Shown here: positions 37,527-48,041 of the stretch, in pieces | How the letters are laid out: the number at the start of each line of letters is the position of its first letter | Position numbering within the stretch: position 1 is the first letter of the stretch | From: a virus | Lineage: Duplodnaviria; Heunggongvirae; Uroviricota; Caudoviricetes | DNA length: 64,000 bases | IMG/VR virus record: IMGVR_UViG_3300042868_009434 | Direction: 5' to 3' (one strand) | The notes under the pieces: generated by a model | What the model was told of the DNA's origin: nothing | Databases searched by the model: none | Seen by the model: only the letters and a program-made list of their open reading frames with translations | Made by a program: the position numbers and the translations under genes

Positions 37527-38266
37527 CTGTTGACACATTTATTTTTGTTCATGACCAAGAAATCATATTGGATTTTGTATCTAAAAATAAGTTTAACGAT
37601 TTTAAAAATTTTAAATGGGTATTTTTGGGAGATAAACCTTATGATAAAATACAAAAATTAGATAATTTAATTATCGTAAGAAATTTAGAACACAATATAG
37701 AACAATATCCAAAGTTAACTTCATTTACCGGATGGTATGCATTACATAAAAACAACTTGATAACCAGTAATTATGTTAATTTTTTTGAATACGACATTAA
37801 TTATGTCCCTGAATTTGTAGATATCAATAAAGAGATGATTAAAAGAAATTTTGATTTTATTGGATATTTCCCTATGATTATTTCAGACATTGTATATATT
37901 AAACAAGAACAATATAGCATCGAATTAATTAATTCAGTTAGAGAAAAAACAGGATTTGACATAACTAAAATGATAAATAATCTTCAAAGTAATAATCCAA
38001 GAACTATGTGGAGTTCTTCAAGTAATTCCACTTGGAAAGTATCTGAGTTAAAAAATTACATTGAATGGTTTGCCGACCATCTGAATAACATTGTTAAAAG
38101 TAATTTTTCAGGACATATTCATGAAAGGTCTTTGAGTTTTTATTATTTTATGAAAAATTTAAAAGTTTTTTTAGCACAAAATTTAATGATTCATGTGCAA
38201 TTAAATTCTCACGGGACATCACCATTACCACCTGAAAGGGCAAAAGAATTATATAAATTATTGTAA
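37499..38266 (+). CDS. Putative glycosyltransferase-like protein
   Basis: FTGWY, FFEYD and H..ER motifs; embedded in the GT operon. Confidence 0.4.
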   Translation: METSIKNELTVDTFIFVHDQEIILDFVSKNKFNDFKNFKWVFLGDKPYDKIQKLDNLIIVRNLEHNIEQYPKLTSFTGWYALHKNNLITSNYVNFFEYDINYVPEFVDINKEMIKRNFDFIGYFPMIISDIVYIKQEQYSIELINSVREKTGFDITKMINNLQSNNPRTMWSSSSNSTWKVSELKNYIEWFADHLNNIVKSNFSGHIHERSLSFYYFMKNLKVFLAQNLMIHVQLNSHGTSPLPPERAKELYKLL

Positions 38267-38267
38267 A

Positions 38268-38930
38268 ATGAAATATGTTAGTTTTAGTTTATGGGGAGAT
38301 AAACCAATATACAATATTGGAGCAATTAGAAATGCAGAACTCGCAAAAAACATATATCCGGAATGGAAAGTTGTAATTTATTATGATAATTCGGTCCCGT
38401 CTAAAACAATTGATTTATTAAAAAATTTAGATGTTCTGTTAATTGATATGTCAACAGAAACTGTTGCAGGTCCGTTTTGGAGATTTTTAGCATCTGAAAT
38501 AAATGATTGCGAATTTGTAGTTTTTAGAGATACTGATTCAAGAATATCTGTAAGAGAAAAAATGGCAGTTGATGAGTGGATTTTAAGTGGCAAATCATTA
38601 CATATAATGAGAGACCACCCTTATCATTATATTCCTGCGGGAAATAATGAAATGGGTATTTTAGCGGGAATGTGGGGGATTAAAGGTAATATAATAAAAA
38701 TTAGAGAAATGTTAAATAATTTCAACTTATCGAATTCTTATAATTACGGATACGACCAAACATTTTTAAAACAAATATATTTATATTTTCAAAATGATAA
38801 AATCACACACGATGAATTTTTTGAAAAAAAACAATTCCCGATTAAAAGGGAAAATCAAAGATTTATTGGTGAAAGAATTGACGAACACGACAATCCATTA
38901 ACCGATGATTATAAATTATTAATAAATTAA
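38268..38930 (+). CDS. Putative GT-A glycosyltransferase-like protein (paralog of 19552..20190)
   Basis: VSFSLWG, FWRF, RDTD, MRDHP.H, AGMWG and DQ.FL. Confidence 0.5.
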   Translation: MKYVSFSLWGDKPIYNIGAIRNAELAKNIYPEWKVVIYYDNSVPSKTIDLLKNLDVLLIDMSTETVAGPFWRFLASEINDCEFVVFRDTDSRISVREKMAVDEWILSGKSLHIMRDHPYHYIPAGNNEMGILAGMWGIKGNIIKIREMLNNFNLSNSYNYGYDQTFLKQIYLYFQNDKITHDEFFEKKQFPIKRENQRFIGERIDEHDNPLTDDYKLLIN

Positions 38931-38933
38931 CTA

Positions 38934-39722
38934 ATGAAAATAGATAGAGTCATTTTAATCTCTAATACCAACAAAACTTATTACGAGTTTTGGAATCAAT
39001 TATCTTATACATACAAAGAAAAATTTGGAATAACTCCAACATTAGTCTTTTTTGGAACTGAAGAAGAATTTACCAATTTAGGTTTATCAAAAGAATACGG
39101 TGATGTGTTTTTTGAAACCGCAATTCAGGGTGTGGGTGTTTGGCAATACACATGGGCACTTTTTTATTACACTAAATTTTTTCCAAATGAAACTTGCGTA
39201 TTAATGGGTATTGACCAAATACCTTTAGGAACTTATTTTTTAAAAGATTTAATTAAAAATATCGATGAAAATAATTATCTTATGTTAATTGATGATGCCT
39301 ATGTTACTACCGGTCAAACGGATAAAGATTGGAAATCAGGAGGGTTTAGTCCTTCTGCTTACCACATATCAAAAGGTTCGGTATTTAATGAAATTTATAA
39401 ATTTGAAGATTCGTTTGAATCTGAAATTTTAAAAATTAAAAACTTAAATGTTAAAACAATGTGGTCAGATGGATGGGGAACTGACGAAGGATATAGTTCA
39501 TCAGTATTGTATAATTACGAAAAAAAAGAAAAAATAATTTGCTTAAGTCAATTTAATGAATTAATGTTAAAAAGGATTGATTGTGGTAGAGACCATGAAA
39601 TACCTTACAATGTTGATTTATTAAAAAATGACCACTACATTGAATGTCATTCGTGTCGACCATATTCAAGTCATAAAAATTATTTAGACACAATGTTTAA
39701 TAATATACCAAAATACATTTAA
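38934..39722 (+). CDS. Putative glycosyltransferase-like protein
   Basis: GIDQ (DxD-like), AYH and WG.DE; operon context. Confidence 0.4.
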   Translation: MKIDRVILISNTNKTYYEFWNQLSYTYKEKFGITPTLVFFGTEEEFTNLGLSKEYGDVFFETAIQGVGVWQYTWALFYYTKFFPNETCVLMGIDQIPLGTYFLKDLIKNIDENNYLMLIDDAYVTTGQTDKDWKSGGFSPSAYHISKGSVFNEIYKFEDSFESEILKIKNLNVKTMWSDGWGTDEGYSSSVLYNYEKKEKIICLSQFNELMLKRIDCGRDHEIPYNVDLLKNDHYIECHSCRPYSSHKNYLDTMFNNIPKYI

Positions 39723-39723
39723 A

Positions 39724-40197
39724 ATGAAAAACGTACAAATACACCCAACGTCAATTATTGAAACCGAAACGATTGGAGAAAACACTAAAATATGGGCATT
39801 TTCACACATATGTAAAGGTGTGATTATAGGTGAGAACTGTGTAATCGGAGAAGGAGTTTATATTGGACCAAATGTTGTCATTGGTAATAATGTAAAAATA
39901 CAAAATAATTCCCTAATATATGAAGGGGTAACTATTGAAGATAATGTGTTTATTGGTCCTAATGTTGTAACAACTAATGACATTTATCCTGATGTTAGTA
40001 ATGATTGGAAACATAGATTTAGAACAACTTTATTTAAAAAAGGGTGTAGTATTAGCGCGAATTCAACCATAATTTGTGGTAATGTAATTGGTGAAAATAC
40101 ACTAATTGGTGCAGGGTCGGTAGTTAGTAAAAGTATGCCACCAAATTCAATATGTTTTGGAAACCCTTGTAAATTTAGAAGTGTGAAAAAAATATGA
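39724..40197 (+). CDS. Hexapeptide-repeat sugar N/O-acetyltransferase (WbpD/WxcM-like)
   Basis: IHPTSII, IGENTKIW.FSHI, IG.NVKIQN, GP..V.TND and IGAGSVV.K. Confidence 0.85.
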   Translation: MKNVQIHPTSIIETETIGENTKIWAFSHICKGVIIGENCVIGEGVYIGPNVVIGNNVKIQNNSLIYEGVTIEDNVFIGPNVVTTNDIYPDVSNDWKHRFRTTLFKKGCSISANSTIICGNVIGENTLIGAGSVVSKSMPPNSICFGNPCKFRSVKKI

Positions 40198-41000
40198 AAC
40201 AAGAAGATTTAATTTATCCTAATAGATTTACTGAATTACATAATAATGAAACAATATTTTTTTGTAAAAGAGATTTTATTGTTGATGAGTACATTAAATT
40301 ATCAAAATTAAATCATAATGTAATATTAATTGTAGGTAATGGTGATTATTCATTTGACGAATCTTTATTGCAAATTAAACCAGACAATGTTAAACATATT
40401 TTTGCAAACAACTCACTATGTCATAACGAGTTTATAACCCCATTACCTGTTGGTATTGAAAATATAACAAACTCAAAAAGGGAAGGTCACGGAATCATTA
40501 ACCAAGAGGTTTTTGGAAAATTACCTTTTATGTTAAATGATGAAATCTTCAAACCTTCAACAGATAAGATTGATAAGTTATATGCAAATTTTAATGTTTT
40601 AACTAATTTAGGATTTCGTAAAATGGTTAGAGATATCTGTATAAATTCTGAAAACATTGACTTTGAAACCGGTTTAACGTATTCTGATTTTGTTTCTAAA
40701 ACTAAATCATATCTCGGGTCTATTTCACCTGAAGGTAATGGTATTGAGTGTATTAGGACTTTTGAAACTTTATATGTTGGTGAAATACCTATATGTGTTG
40801 GAGATTATTCTAAATACAAATCTGTTTATGAATCAATATATAAACATTTACCTATTGTATATGTTGACAACGCTAATGATTTATCAGACCACTCAAAAAT
40901 AAAAACAGAAATAAATAAGGTTAAAAACAATTCCACAGAGATGATGTATTTTGATTTTTGGCGTGATAAAATCAAAATGTTTGAAAAAAAATTATTATAA
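40194..41000 (+). CDS. Exostosin/GT47-like glycosyltransferase
   Basis: PLPVG, LYANF and SP.GNG..C.R..E.LY.G.IPI. Confidence 0.6.
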   Translation: MKQEDLIYPNRFTELHNNETIFFCKRDFIVDEYIKLSKLNHNVILIVGNGDYSFDESLLQIKPDNVKHIFANNSLCHNEFITPLPVGIENITNSKREGHGIINQEVFGKLPFMLNDEIFKPSTDKIDKLYANFNVLTNLGFRKMVRDICINSENIDFETGLTYSDFVSKTKSYLGSISPEGNGIECIRTFETLYVGEIPICVGDYSKYKSVYESIYKHLPIVYVDNANDLSDHSKIKTEINKVKNNSTEMMYFDFWRDKIKMFEKKLL

Positions 41001-41009
41001 TATAATTCA

Positions 41010-41768
41010 ATGTCAGTATCTATAAAACATAACGGTAGATTGGGTAACCATTTATTCCAAAATGTGGCAGCATTTATATTTGCTAAAAAATTTAATCTTT
41101 CCTTAAATACAATCTCTGTCGACTCTCAATTTAATTTACCTCAATTAAATGGCTCTGTATATACGAACAATAAATTAATTGTTAATGATTCTAATTTTTT
41201 GAATTTATTAAACTCAGATACAATTGAACCAAGACATTATATTTTTGATGGTTTTTTTCAAATAAAAGGTTTTGTATTAAATTATAGAGAGGAAATTAAA
41301 TCTTTGTTTAATTTATCTTATGATAAAACTGATAAAGATGATGTTTTTGTTATGTACAGAATTGGAGACATCGAAGGTCTTAGACAAATGTTACCGATAG
41401 AATTTTATCAAAATGCGTTAAACAATTTATCCTCAAAAAAAGGATATATTACATCAGACTCTCCTTCTCACCCCAATGTAATTAAATTATCAAAAGAATT
41501 TAATTTAACAATTTATAACGATACACCATCAGAAACTATTAATTTTGGAAAAAATTTTAATAATTTAGTATTAAGTGAAGGCAGTTTTAGTTGGTGGATT
41601 GGTGCACTAAGTAATTCCAAAAACATATATTATAATCAAAGGGAACGATTTTGGCATGGTGATATTTTTGTTTTCCCTGAATGGACTCCTCTTCATTATG
41701 ATTGGACACCTGAATGCGTTGTATCAAATAATAAACTTATATGTGATAAAATAATTAATAATTCTTAA
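41010..41768 (+). CDS. GT11 alpha-1,2-fucosyl/colitosyltransferase-like
   Basis: GRLGN.LFQ, G.FQ, YR.GD, SD and S.GSFSWW.G.L GT11 motifs. Confidence 0.8.
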   Translation: MSVSIKHNGRLGNHLFQNVAAFIFAKKFNLSLNTISVDSQFNLPQLNGSVYTNNKLIVNDSNFLNLLNSDTIEPRHYIFDGFFQIKGFVLNYREEIKSLFNLSYDKTDKDDVFVMYRIGDIEGLRQMLPIEFYQNALNNLSSKKGYITSDSPSHPNVIKLSKEFNLTIYNDTPSETINFGKNFNNLVLSEGSFSWWIGALSNSKNIYYNQRERFWHGDIFVFPEWTPLHYDWTPECVVSNNKLICDKIINNS

Positions 41769-41856
41769 TATTATATGAAACTACTAAATTTAAGATAAAT
41801 TCTTTACATATTTCCTCAAAAATATTAAATTTAAATCTAAACTAAATTAATTAAAA

Positions 41857-42621
41857 ATGAAAAACTACGACATAGTAATTGTTTCCCACGAAAAAGATTT
41901 TAACAACATTAAATTTATTGTTGAATATTCTCAAAAAAATTTAAAGTTTGATTCGATTCATTTAATTTTAAGTGAACGAAAAGAATTTACCGATTTAGAA
42001 TTGGTAAAAACTTTAACAGATAAACCAGTGTTCTTACATATGGAAAGTGATGTTTTAAAAATAGATAAAACAAGAATTAATTATAGACCAAATTGGATTT
42101 ATCAAATGATGCTTAAAATATTTCAAAACGTTACTAATAATGACGATTTTTTAATTATAGAATCAGATTGTCTAATCCTTAAAGAAATTAATTTTTTTGA
42201 AGATGACAAAACTTGTTTATATTTGTGTCGAGACCAATATCATGAACAATATTTTAACTTCAACAATTTATTAGGTTTTGGTAGAGAATATAACCATTCT
42301 TTTATTTCTGAATTTATGATGTATAACAAACAAATTGTCAAAGACATGTTATCAAAATCAAATTGTAATGATGTTAATGATTTTTTAGAAATAGTTTATA
42401 ACAACACCAATAAGAATTGTTATCCCGCAGATTATGAATTATATGGTAATTTTTGTTTTAAATATCATAGAGATAAAATAGATTTAAAACATTTAAACTA
42501 CAATTTTTTTGGTAGAGATGTTGGAGAGAGACCTTTTTGGGAAGACAATGAAATTATAAATTTAATTAACACTAATTCAGATAAAGAAGTTATTAGTTTC
42601 CATACTTGGGGAGCAAATTAA
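41857..42621 (+). CDS. Putative nucleotide-diphospho-sugar transferase (DUF6492-like)
   Basis: W.YQ..LK, IESD and SFISE.MM pattern. Confidence 0.45.
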   Translation: MKNYDIVIVSHEKDFNNIKFIVEYSQKNLKFDSIHLILSERKEFTDLELVKTLTDKPVFLHMESDVLKIDKTRINYRPNWIYQMMLKIFQNVTNNDDFLIIESDCLILKEINFFEDDKTCLYLCRDQYHEQYFNFNNLLGFGREYNHSFISEFMMYNKQIVKDMLSKSNCNDVNDFLEIVYNNTNKNCYPADYELYGNFCFKYHRDKIDLKHLNYNFFGRDVGERPFWEDNEIINLINTNSDKEVISFHTWGAN

Positions 42622-43412
42622 TTATTATGTCAGATAAAACATCTTTAGTTATTGGTAATACCTCTCAATTAAGTTATTACTTCCCTAATAATTTTGAAAA
42701 AATATCGTCTAGAAATATAGATTTTACAAAACTTTGTTCTAAAAAATATGATAAAGTTTTTTTATTATTTGCCGAACAACGAACTTTTCTAAATGAATCA
42801 GACGATTTTTTTATAAAGACTAATTTTGATTACACTTTGGAGGTCATTAATAAATTTAAAGACATTTCAAATAAAATTATCATCTATTCAACATCTGAAT
42901 TATGGAATAAATATGAAGGTTGTATTACGTTAGACGATAAGTATAATTATAATTATTCACCATATATTAAATCAAAAGAAATTCTTTGTAACTATATTAA
43001 TAACAATAGAGACATTTACAACAATGTCATAATAATTTATCCATTTAATTTTAATTCAATTTATAGAAAAGAAGGTTTTCTTTTTGGTAAAATATTTGAC
43101 TCAATATTGAATAATAAGAAAATTTCAATAGGGGACATAAATTTTAATAGAGACATAACTCATCCAAAAAATATTGTGGATATTTCATTAGAAACTGATA
43201 AAGATTGCATTATTGGTTCCGGAGAATTAATTAATGTTCAAAAATTTATTGAAGACATTTTTACAAAATTAAATAAAAAAATTATAGATTACATAGAATA
43301 TGATGAATCTAACAACCTAAAAATAAAAAGAGGTGGTTATTATAGTTGTGAGAAAACAATCGACTATAATGAACTAATTAACTTAACAATTAAAGACATA
43401 TATGAGTATTAA
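42606..43412 (+). CDS. NAD-dependent epimerase/dehydratase-like (atypical SDR)
   Basis: LVIG.TSQL, YST and YxxSK catalytic motif. Confidence 0.65.
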   Translation: MGSKLIIMSDKTSLVIGNTSQLSYYFPNNFEKISSRNIDFTKLCSKKYDKVFLLFAEQRTFLNESDDFFIKTNFDYTLEVINKFKDISNKIIIYSTSELWNKYEGCITLDDKYNYNYSPYIKSKEILCNYINNNRDIYNNVIIIYPFNFNSIYRKEGFLFGKIFDSILNNKKISIGDINFNRDITHPKNIVDISLETDKDCIIGSGELINVQKFIEDIFTKLNKKIIDYIEYDESNNLKIKRGGYYSCEKTIDYNELINLTIKDIYEY

Positions 43413-44553
43413 ACTAGTAAAAGATACTATTGATTTTGACGATATTAATAAATTAATAGAATGGTTAAAAACTAATCCGAGATTAACTAAAGGAGAATTA
43501 ACCACAACGTTTGAGAACTTGTGGTCTAAATGGTTAGGATGTAAGTATTCAATATTTGTAAATTCAGGCTCATCGGCTAATTTAGCGGCAATATATTCAT
43601 TAATTTTATCAGGTAAATTAAAAAATAATAAAATTATTGTACCAGCAGTTTCTTGGGTGACAACCGTAACACCGGCAATACAATTAGGGTTAACCCCTAT
43701 TATGTGTGATTGTGATATGGATAATTTAGGTTTGGACATTAACCATTTAAAAACATTAATTAAAGAAGAAAACCCATCTGCAATCATTTTGGTTCACGTA
43801 TTAGGATTTCCAAACCATATGACAGAAATTATCGAACTATGTAAAGAAAATGATATTTTATTAATTGAGGACACTTGTGAATCAATTGGTTCAAAATATG
43901 ATGAAAAACATTTAGGTACTTTTGGTGATTTATCAACATTCTCATTTTATTTTGGACATCATATGTCAACAATTGAAGGTGGTATGATATCAACAGACAA
44001 TGAAGACTTATACCATATATTACTATCCATTAGGTCACACGGGTGGGACAGGGACTTACCAATATCAAAACAAAAAGAATTACGTGAAAAATATAAGGTT
44101 GACGATTTTAAATCGTTATACACCTTCTATTACCCCGGATTTAATTTAAGGGCAACTGACTTACAAGCATTTATTGGGATTCAACAGATGGATAAATTAA
44201 ACCATATTGTTGAATCTAGAAATAAAAACTATTTGAAATATAAAGAAGGAATTAAAAATAATTTTTGGAACATATCACCAACAAGTAATTCTTATGTTTC
44301 AAATTTTTCCTACCCAATAATTACTAAGAATCTTGACAAATTAATATTTGAATTACAAAACAACAATATAGAGTGTCGACCATTAATTTGTGGCTCAATA
44401 AATGAACACCCATTTTGGTATGAAAGATATGGTAAACAAGAATTACCAAATTCAAAATTAGTTCACGAATATGGATTATACTTACCAAATAACCATCAAA
44501 TGACAGAAGAAGAAATAAATAAAGTAATTAAAATTGTTAACGAGAATATATGA
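43402..44553 (+). CDS. colD: GDP-4-keto-6-deoxy-D-mannose 3-dehydratase (ColD-type PLP/PMP enzyme)
   Basis: DegT fold with SFYFGHHMSTIEGG (His in place of the usual Schiff-base Lys), YHILLSIRSHGW.R.LP and ECRP; 383 aa; adjacent to fcl and gmd. Confidence 0.8.
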   Translation: MSIKLVKDTIDFDDINKLIEWLKTNPRLTKGELTTTFENLWSKWLGCKYSIFVNSGSSANLAAIYSLILSGKLKNNKIIVPAVSWVTTVTPAIQLGLTPIMCDCDMDNLGLDINHLKTLIKEENPSAIILVHVLGFPNHMTEIIELCKENDILLIEDTCESIGSKYDEKHLGTFGDLSTFSFYFGHHMSTIEGGMISTDNEDLYHILLSIRSHGWDRDLPISKQKELREKYKVDDFKSLYTFYYPGFNLRATDLQAFIGIQQMDKLNHIVESRNKNYLKYKEGIKNNFWNISPTSNSYVSNFSYPIITKNLDKLIFELQNNNIECRPLICGSINEHPFWYERYGKQELPNSKLVHEYGLYLPNNHQMTEEEINKVIKIVNENI

Positions 44554-45452
44554 AAAAATTATTAGTGACCGGAGGAAACGGTTTAGTTGGCTCATCAATA
44601 AATGCTGACATTAAAATTGGGAAACAATATGACTTAAAACTCACTGATGAAACAAATAAAATGTTTGAGTACCATAAACCAACACATGTTATTCATTGTG
44701 CAGGTAAAGTTGGAGGTGTAGGAGGAAATATGAACTATAAAGGAGAATATTTTTATGATAACATAATGATAAACACCAATGTTATTGAATCTGCAAGAAG
44801 AAATGGTGTCGAGAAATTAGTATCTTTCTTATCAACGTGTGTGTTTCCGGATAATATAGAATACCCTTTAACTGAATCTAAAATTCATTTAGGTGAGCCA
44901 CATAATTCAAATTACCCTTATGCTTATGCTAAGAGAATGGCCGATATTCAAATTCGGGCGTATAGAGAACAATATGGTTTAAATTATGTTTCGGTTATTC
45001 CAACAAACATATACGGTCCAAATGATAATTTTTCATTATCTCAAGGTCACGTAATGCCGATGTTAATACATAAACTTTATTTGGCACAAAAAAACAATAC
45101 CGATTTTACAGTATGGGGTTCAGGTAAACCATTAAGAGAATTTATATTTTCAAAAGATGTTGCAAAATTATCAGAATGGGCAATTGACAACTATAATGAA
45201 TCTGAACCTATAATATTTAGTACATCTGAAGAGATTAGCATAATGGATTTAGTTGATTTATTAGTAAAAGAATTTAACTTTAAGGGTAATGTGATTTTTG
45301 ATTCATCAAAACCTGACGGACAATTTAGAAAACCATCAGATAATTCAAAATTAAAATCATATTTACCAGATTTTAAATTTACACCCATTGAGGATGGGAT
45401 AAAAGAAACCGTTAATTGGTTTATAACAAATTATGAAAATGCAAGAAAATAA
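44550..45452 (+). CDS. fcl: GDP-L-fucose synthase family epimerase/reductase (Fcl / ColC-like)
   Basis: TGG.GLVG, AGKVGG, LSTC, YAYAKR, PTN.YGP.DNF, GSG.PLREF and KPDG. Confidence 0.92.
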   Translation: MKKLLVTGGNGLVGSSINADIKIGKQYDLKLTDETNKMFEYHKPTHVIHCAGKVGGVGGNMNYKGEYFYDNIMINTNVIESARRNGVEKLVSFLSTCVFPDNIEYPLTESKIHLGEPHNSNYPYAYAKRMADIQIRAYREQYGLNYVSVIPTNIYGPNDNFSLSQGHVMPMLIHKLYLAQKNNTDFTVWGSGKPLREFIFSKDVAKLSEWAIDNYNESEPIIFSTSEEISIMDLVDLLVKEFNFKGNVIFDSSKPDGQFRKPSDNSKLKSYLPDFKFTPIEDGIKETVNWFITNYENARK

Positions 45453-46428
45453 AATAGCTCTTATTACAGGAATAAACGGTCAAGATGGTTCTTATCTTGC
45501 CGAATTTCTTTTAGAAAAAGGATATGAAGTACATGGTACTTTAAAACGTAATTCGGTTGCGGAAAACCAAACATCACGTCTTGATTCTATTTATTCTAAA
45601 TTAAAATTACATTACGCAGATTTAACTGATTTATCATCATTAATTAGTGTGATTCAAAAATGTAATCCAACTGAAATTTATAATCTTGCAGCACAATCAC
45701 ATGTTAGAATTTCATTTGACCAACCAATCTATACTGCGAATGCAACCGGTGTTGGTACTTTAAACATGTTAGAGGCTGTTAAATTAATCAACCCTAAAAT
45801 TAAAATCTATCAAGCATCTTCATCTGAAATGTTTGGAAATTCAATAGATTCTGACGGATTTCAAAGAGAAACAACTTCCATGAATCCAGTATCCCCTTAT
45901 GGTTGTTCAAAAGTTTTTAGTTATCACATTTGTAGAAATTATCGTAATTCTTATAATATGTTTATTTCTAACGGAATTTTATTTAATCATGAATCCCCAA
46001 GAAGAGGAACAAATTTTGTAACTAATAAAGTATGTAAAGAGGCGGTTAAAATAAAATTAGGATTAAGTAATGAATTAAAATTAGGTAATTTAGATGCAAC
46101 AAGAGATTGGGGACACGCTAAAGATTATGTTAAAGCAATGTGGGAAATACTTCAATTAGATGAACCTAATGACTTTGTTTGTTCAACAGGAATTTCTCAC
46201 TCAGTTAGGGATTTATGTGATTATGTTTTCACTAAATTGGATTTAAATTATGAAGACTACGTTAAGCTTGATGAAAAATTTTTAAGACCTGAAGAATTAA
46301 ATAACTTAAAAGGAGATTCCAACAAATTAAAAGAATTGACAGGGTGGTCACCAACATACACATTTGAAACAATGTTAGACGAAATGATTGAACATTGGTT
46401 AGGTCACTATAAATTAAATAAAAATTAA
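45433..46428 (+). CDS. gmd: GDP-mannose 4,6-dehydratase
   Basis: ITGINGQDGSYLAE, NLAAQSHV, QASSSE, SPYG.SK, LFNHESPRRG and RDWGHA.DYV. Confidence 0.95.
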   Translation: MKMQENKIALITGINGQDGSYLAEFLLEKGYEVHGTLKRNSVAENQTSRLDSIYSKLKLHYADLTDLSSLISVIQKCNPTEIYNLAAQSHVRISFDQPIYTANATGVGTLNMLEAVKLINPKIKIYQASSSEMFGNSIDSDGFQRETTSMNPVSPYGCSKVFSYHICRNYRNSYNMFISNGILFNHESPRRGTNFVTNKVCKEAVKIKLGLSNELKLGNLDATRDWGHAKDYVKAMWEILQLDEPNDFVCSTGISHSVRDLCDYVFTKLDLNYEDYVKLDEKFLRPEELNNLKGDSNKLKELTGWSPTYTFETMLDEMIEHWLGHYKLNKN

Positions 46429-46430
46429 AA

Positions 46431-47171
46431 ATGCAAAAACCGACAAGAGGTACGAAACCAAAACCAACTTCAACACCATTAAGTGATAAAGTTGATACAA
46501 GAACAAAAAAACAACTAATTTGTTCTTTGGTTAAAAAGAAAACTAAACAAAAGTTTCTATCGGAGAGTCAAAGAAAATATTATGATATTCTAAATAATAA
46601 TCAAATTACAATTTGTTCAGGACCCGCAGGGGTAGGTAAAAGTTACATAGCAATGAAAGCGGCGGTGGACTTATTATTAGACGAGAACAATGCGTATGAA
46701 AAAATAATCATTGTTAGACCAGCGGTTGAAGCAGAAGAAAAACTTGGAAGTTTACCCGGAGGTGTTGAAGAAAAATTAGACCCTTACATTTTTCCATCAT
46801 ATTATCTTTTAAATAAAATAATTGGGAAAGAAACAAGAGAAAAATTAAAAGAAATTGAGGCGATTGAAGTTTTTGCGTTAGCGTATATGAGAGGGATGAA
46901 TATTGACAATTCAATATTAATTTTTGAAGAAGCCCAAAATTCAACACCTAGTCAAATGAAACTTCTTCTAACAAGAATTGGATTTAATTCAAAATTCTTT
47001 ATTTCGGGAGATTTAGAACAATTTGACAGACATAAAGATAAAACACAAACAGGGTTATGGGACGCATTAAAAAAGTTTCAAGATTTAGATGATGTCGGGA
47101 CGTTTGAATTTAATCCGGAAGACGTAGTGAGAAATCCACTAATTTCTAAAATATTAAAAAGATACGAATAA
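46431..47171 (+). CDS. phoH: PhoH-family ATPase
   Basis: GPAGVGKS, RPAVE, LGSLPG, AYMRG, EAQN, GD..Q.D and VRNPL. Confidence 0.95.
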   Translation: MQKPTRGTKPKPTSTPLSDKVDTRTKKQLICSLVKKKTKQKFLSESQRKYYDILNNNQITICSGPAGVGKSYIAMKAAVDLLLDENNAYEKIIIVRPAVEAEEKLGSLPGGVEEKLDPYIFPSYYLLNKIIGKETREKLKEIEAIEVFALAYMRGMNIDNSILIFEEAQNSTPSQMKLLLTRIGFNSKFFISGDLEQFDRHKDKTQTGLWDALKKFQDLDDVGTFEFNPEDVVRNPLISKILKRYE

Positions 47172-47767
47172 TGAGGATTGCAATCGAATTAAATGGAGTG
47201 TTGAGAGACACTCTTAAAAAAATACAACAGGAATATGAAAAATGGTATATTGAAAACCCGTTTAATGACCCTGAAGAAGAATTTGAATATCAAGTAATTT
47301 CAGAAATTGAAAGTTTAGAAATTGGGAATCATTTAAAATTTAAAAATGAGGATGAGTTATATAATTTTTTATATAAAGAACATACCATGGAAATTTTTGG
47401 TCACGCAGGTTCTGTTGAAGTATCAAGTATGATGGATTTTAATGAATTTTATTTAGATGTTAGAGATAATCATGATATTTTAATTGTCTCAGATGAAATG
47501 GGTAAATCAAAACCAGCATCTTTATTTTTTATCTCTAAATTTGGTTGTTTGGTTGAAACTGTAAAATTTTATAGTGAATCTACAATTAATTCACTATGGA
47601 ATTCTATAGACGTTTTACTTACTGCAAATCCTAAACTATTATTACAACATCCTGAGGGTAAAATGGTAATTAAATTTAACACCAAATATAACTCAGAAAT
47701 TAACACCGAGCACTCAATATCAAGTATTAAAGAGCTCAAATCTAAAATATCTGAAATTTATGATTAA
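47171..47767 (+). CDS. 5'(3')-deoxyribonucleotidase-like HAD fold, catalytic motifs degenerate
   Basis: IAIELNGVLRD aligns with IxxDMDGVLAD, and DVLLTANP aligns with DxLIDDxP. Confidence 0.55.
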   Translation: MRIAIELNGVLRDTLKKIQQEYEKWYIENPFNDPEEEFEYQVISEIESLEIGNHLKFKNEDELYNFLYKEHTMEIFGHAGSVEVSSMMDFNEFYLDVRDNHDILIVSDEMGKSKPASLFFISKFGCLVETVKFYSESTINSLWNSIDVLLTANPKLLLQHPEGKMVIKFNTKYNSEINTEHSISSIKELKSKISEIYD

Positions 47768-48038
47768 TGTATTAGGAGAAACTTATTATGTTGACTTAGA
47801 CTTAGTTGAAGAGTACATTGGAATACCAAACAACGAAGTGTCGATATCAGGTGAAACATCTGAAATGAAAATAAACATTATTAAGTTTGACTTGGTTAAA
47901 ATGTTGTTGGACACAGTATTAACTGAACATGAAGACGGTGATGAAACTTTAGGAATGAAACAATCATCAAACACAAGCATTCCGTTTAGAATCGCATTCA
48001 ACAGTTTATTAAATAAAAAACTTATAAATCACTATTAA
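47760..48038 (+). CDS. Hypothetical protein
   Basis: 92-aa coupled ORF. Confidence 0.5.
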   Translation: MINVLGETYYVDLDLVEEYIGIPNNEVSISGETSEMKINIIKFDLVKMLLDTVLTEHEDGDETLGMKQSSNTSIPFRIAFNSLLNKKLINHY

Positions 48039-48041
48039 AAT

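Noticed and set aside
43402-44553. Perosamine synthase or a generic DegT aminotransferase
   Set aside because: The catalytic Lys position holds His (GHH), the ColD/E1 dehydratase signature, and the length and context favour ColD.
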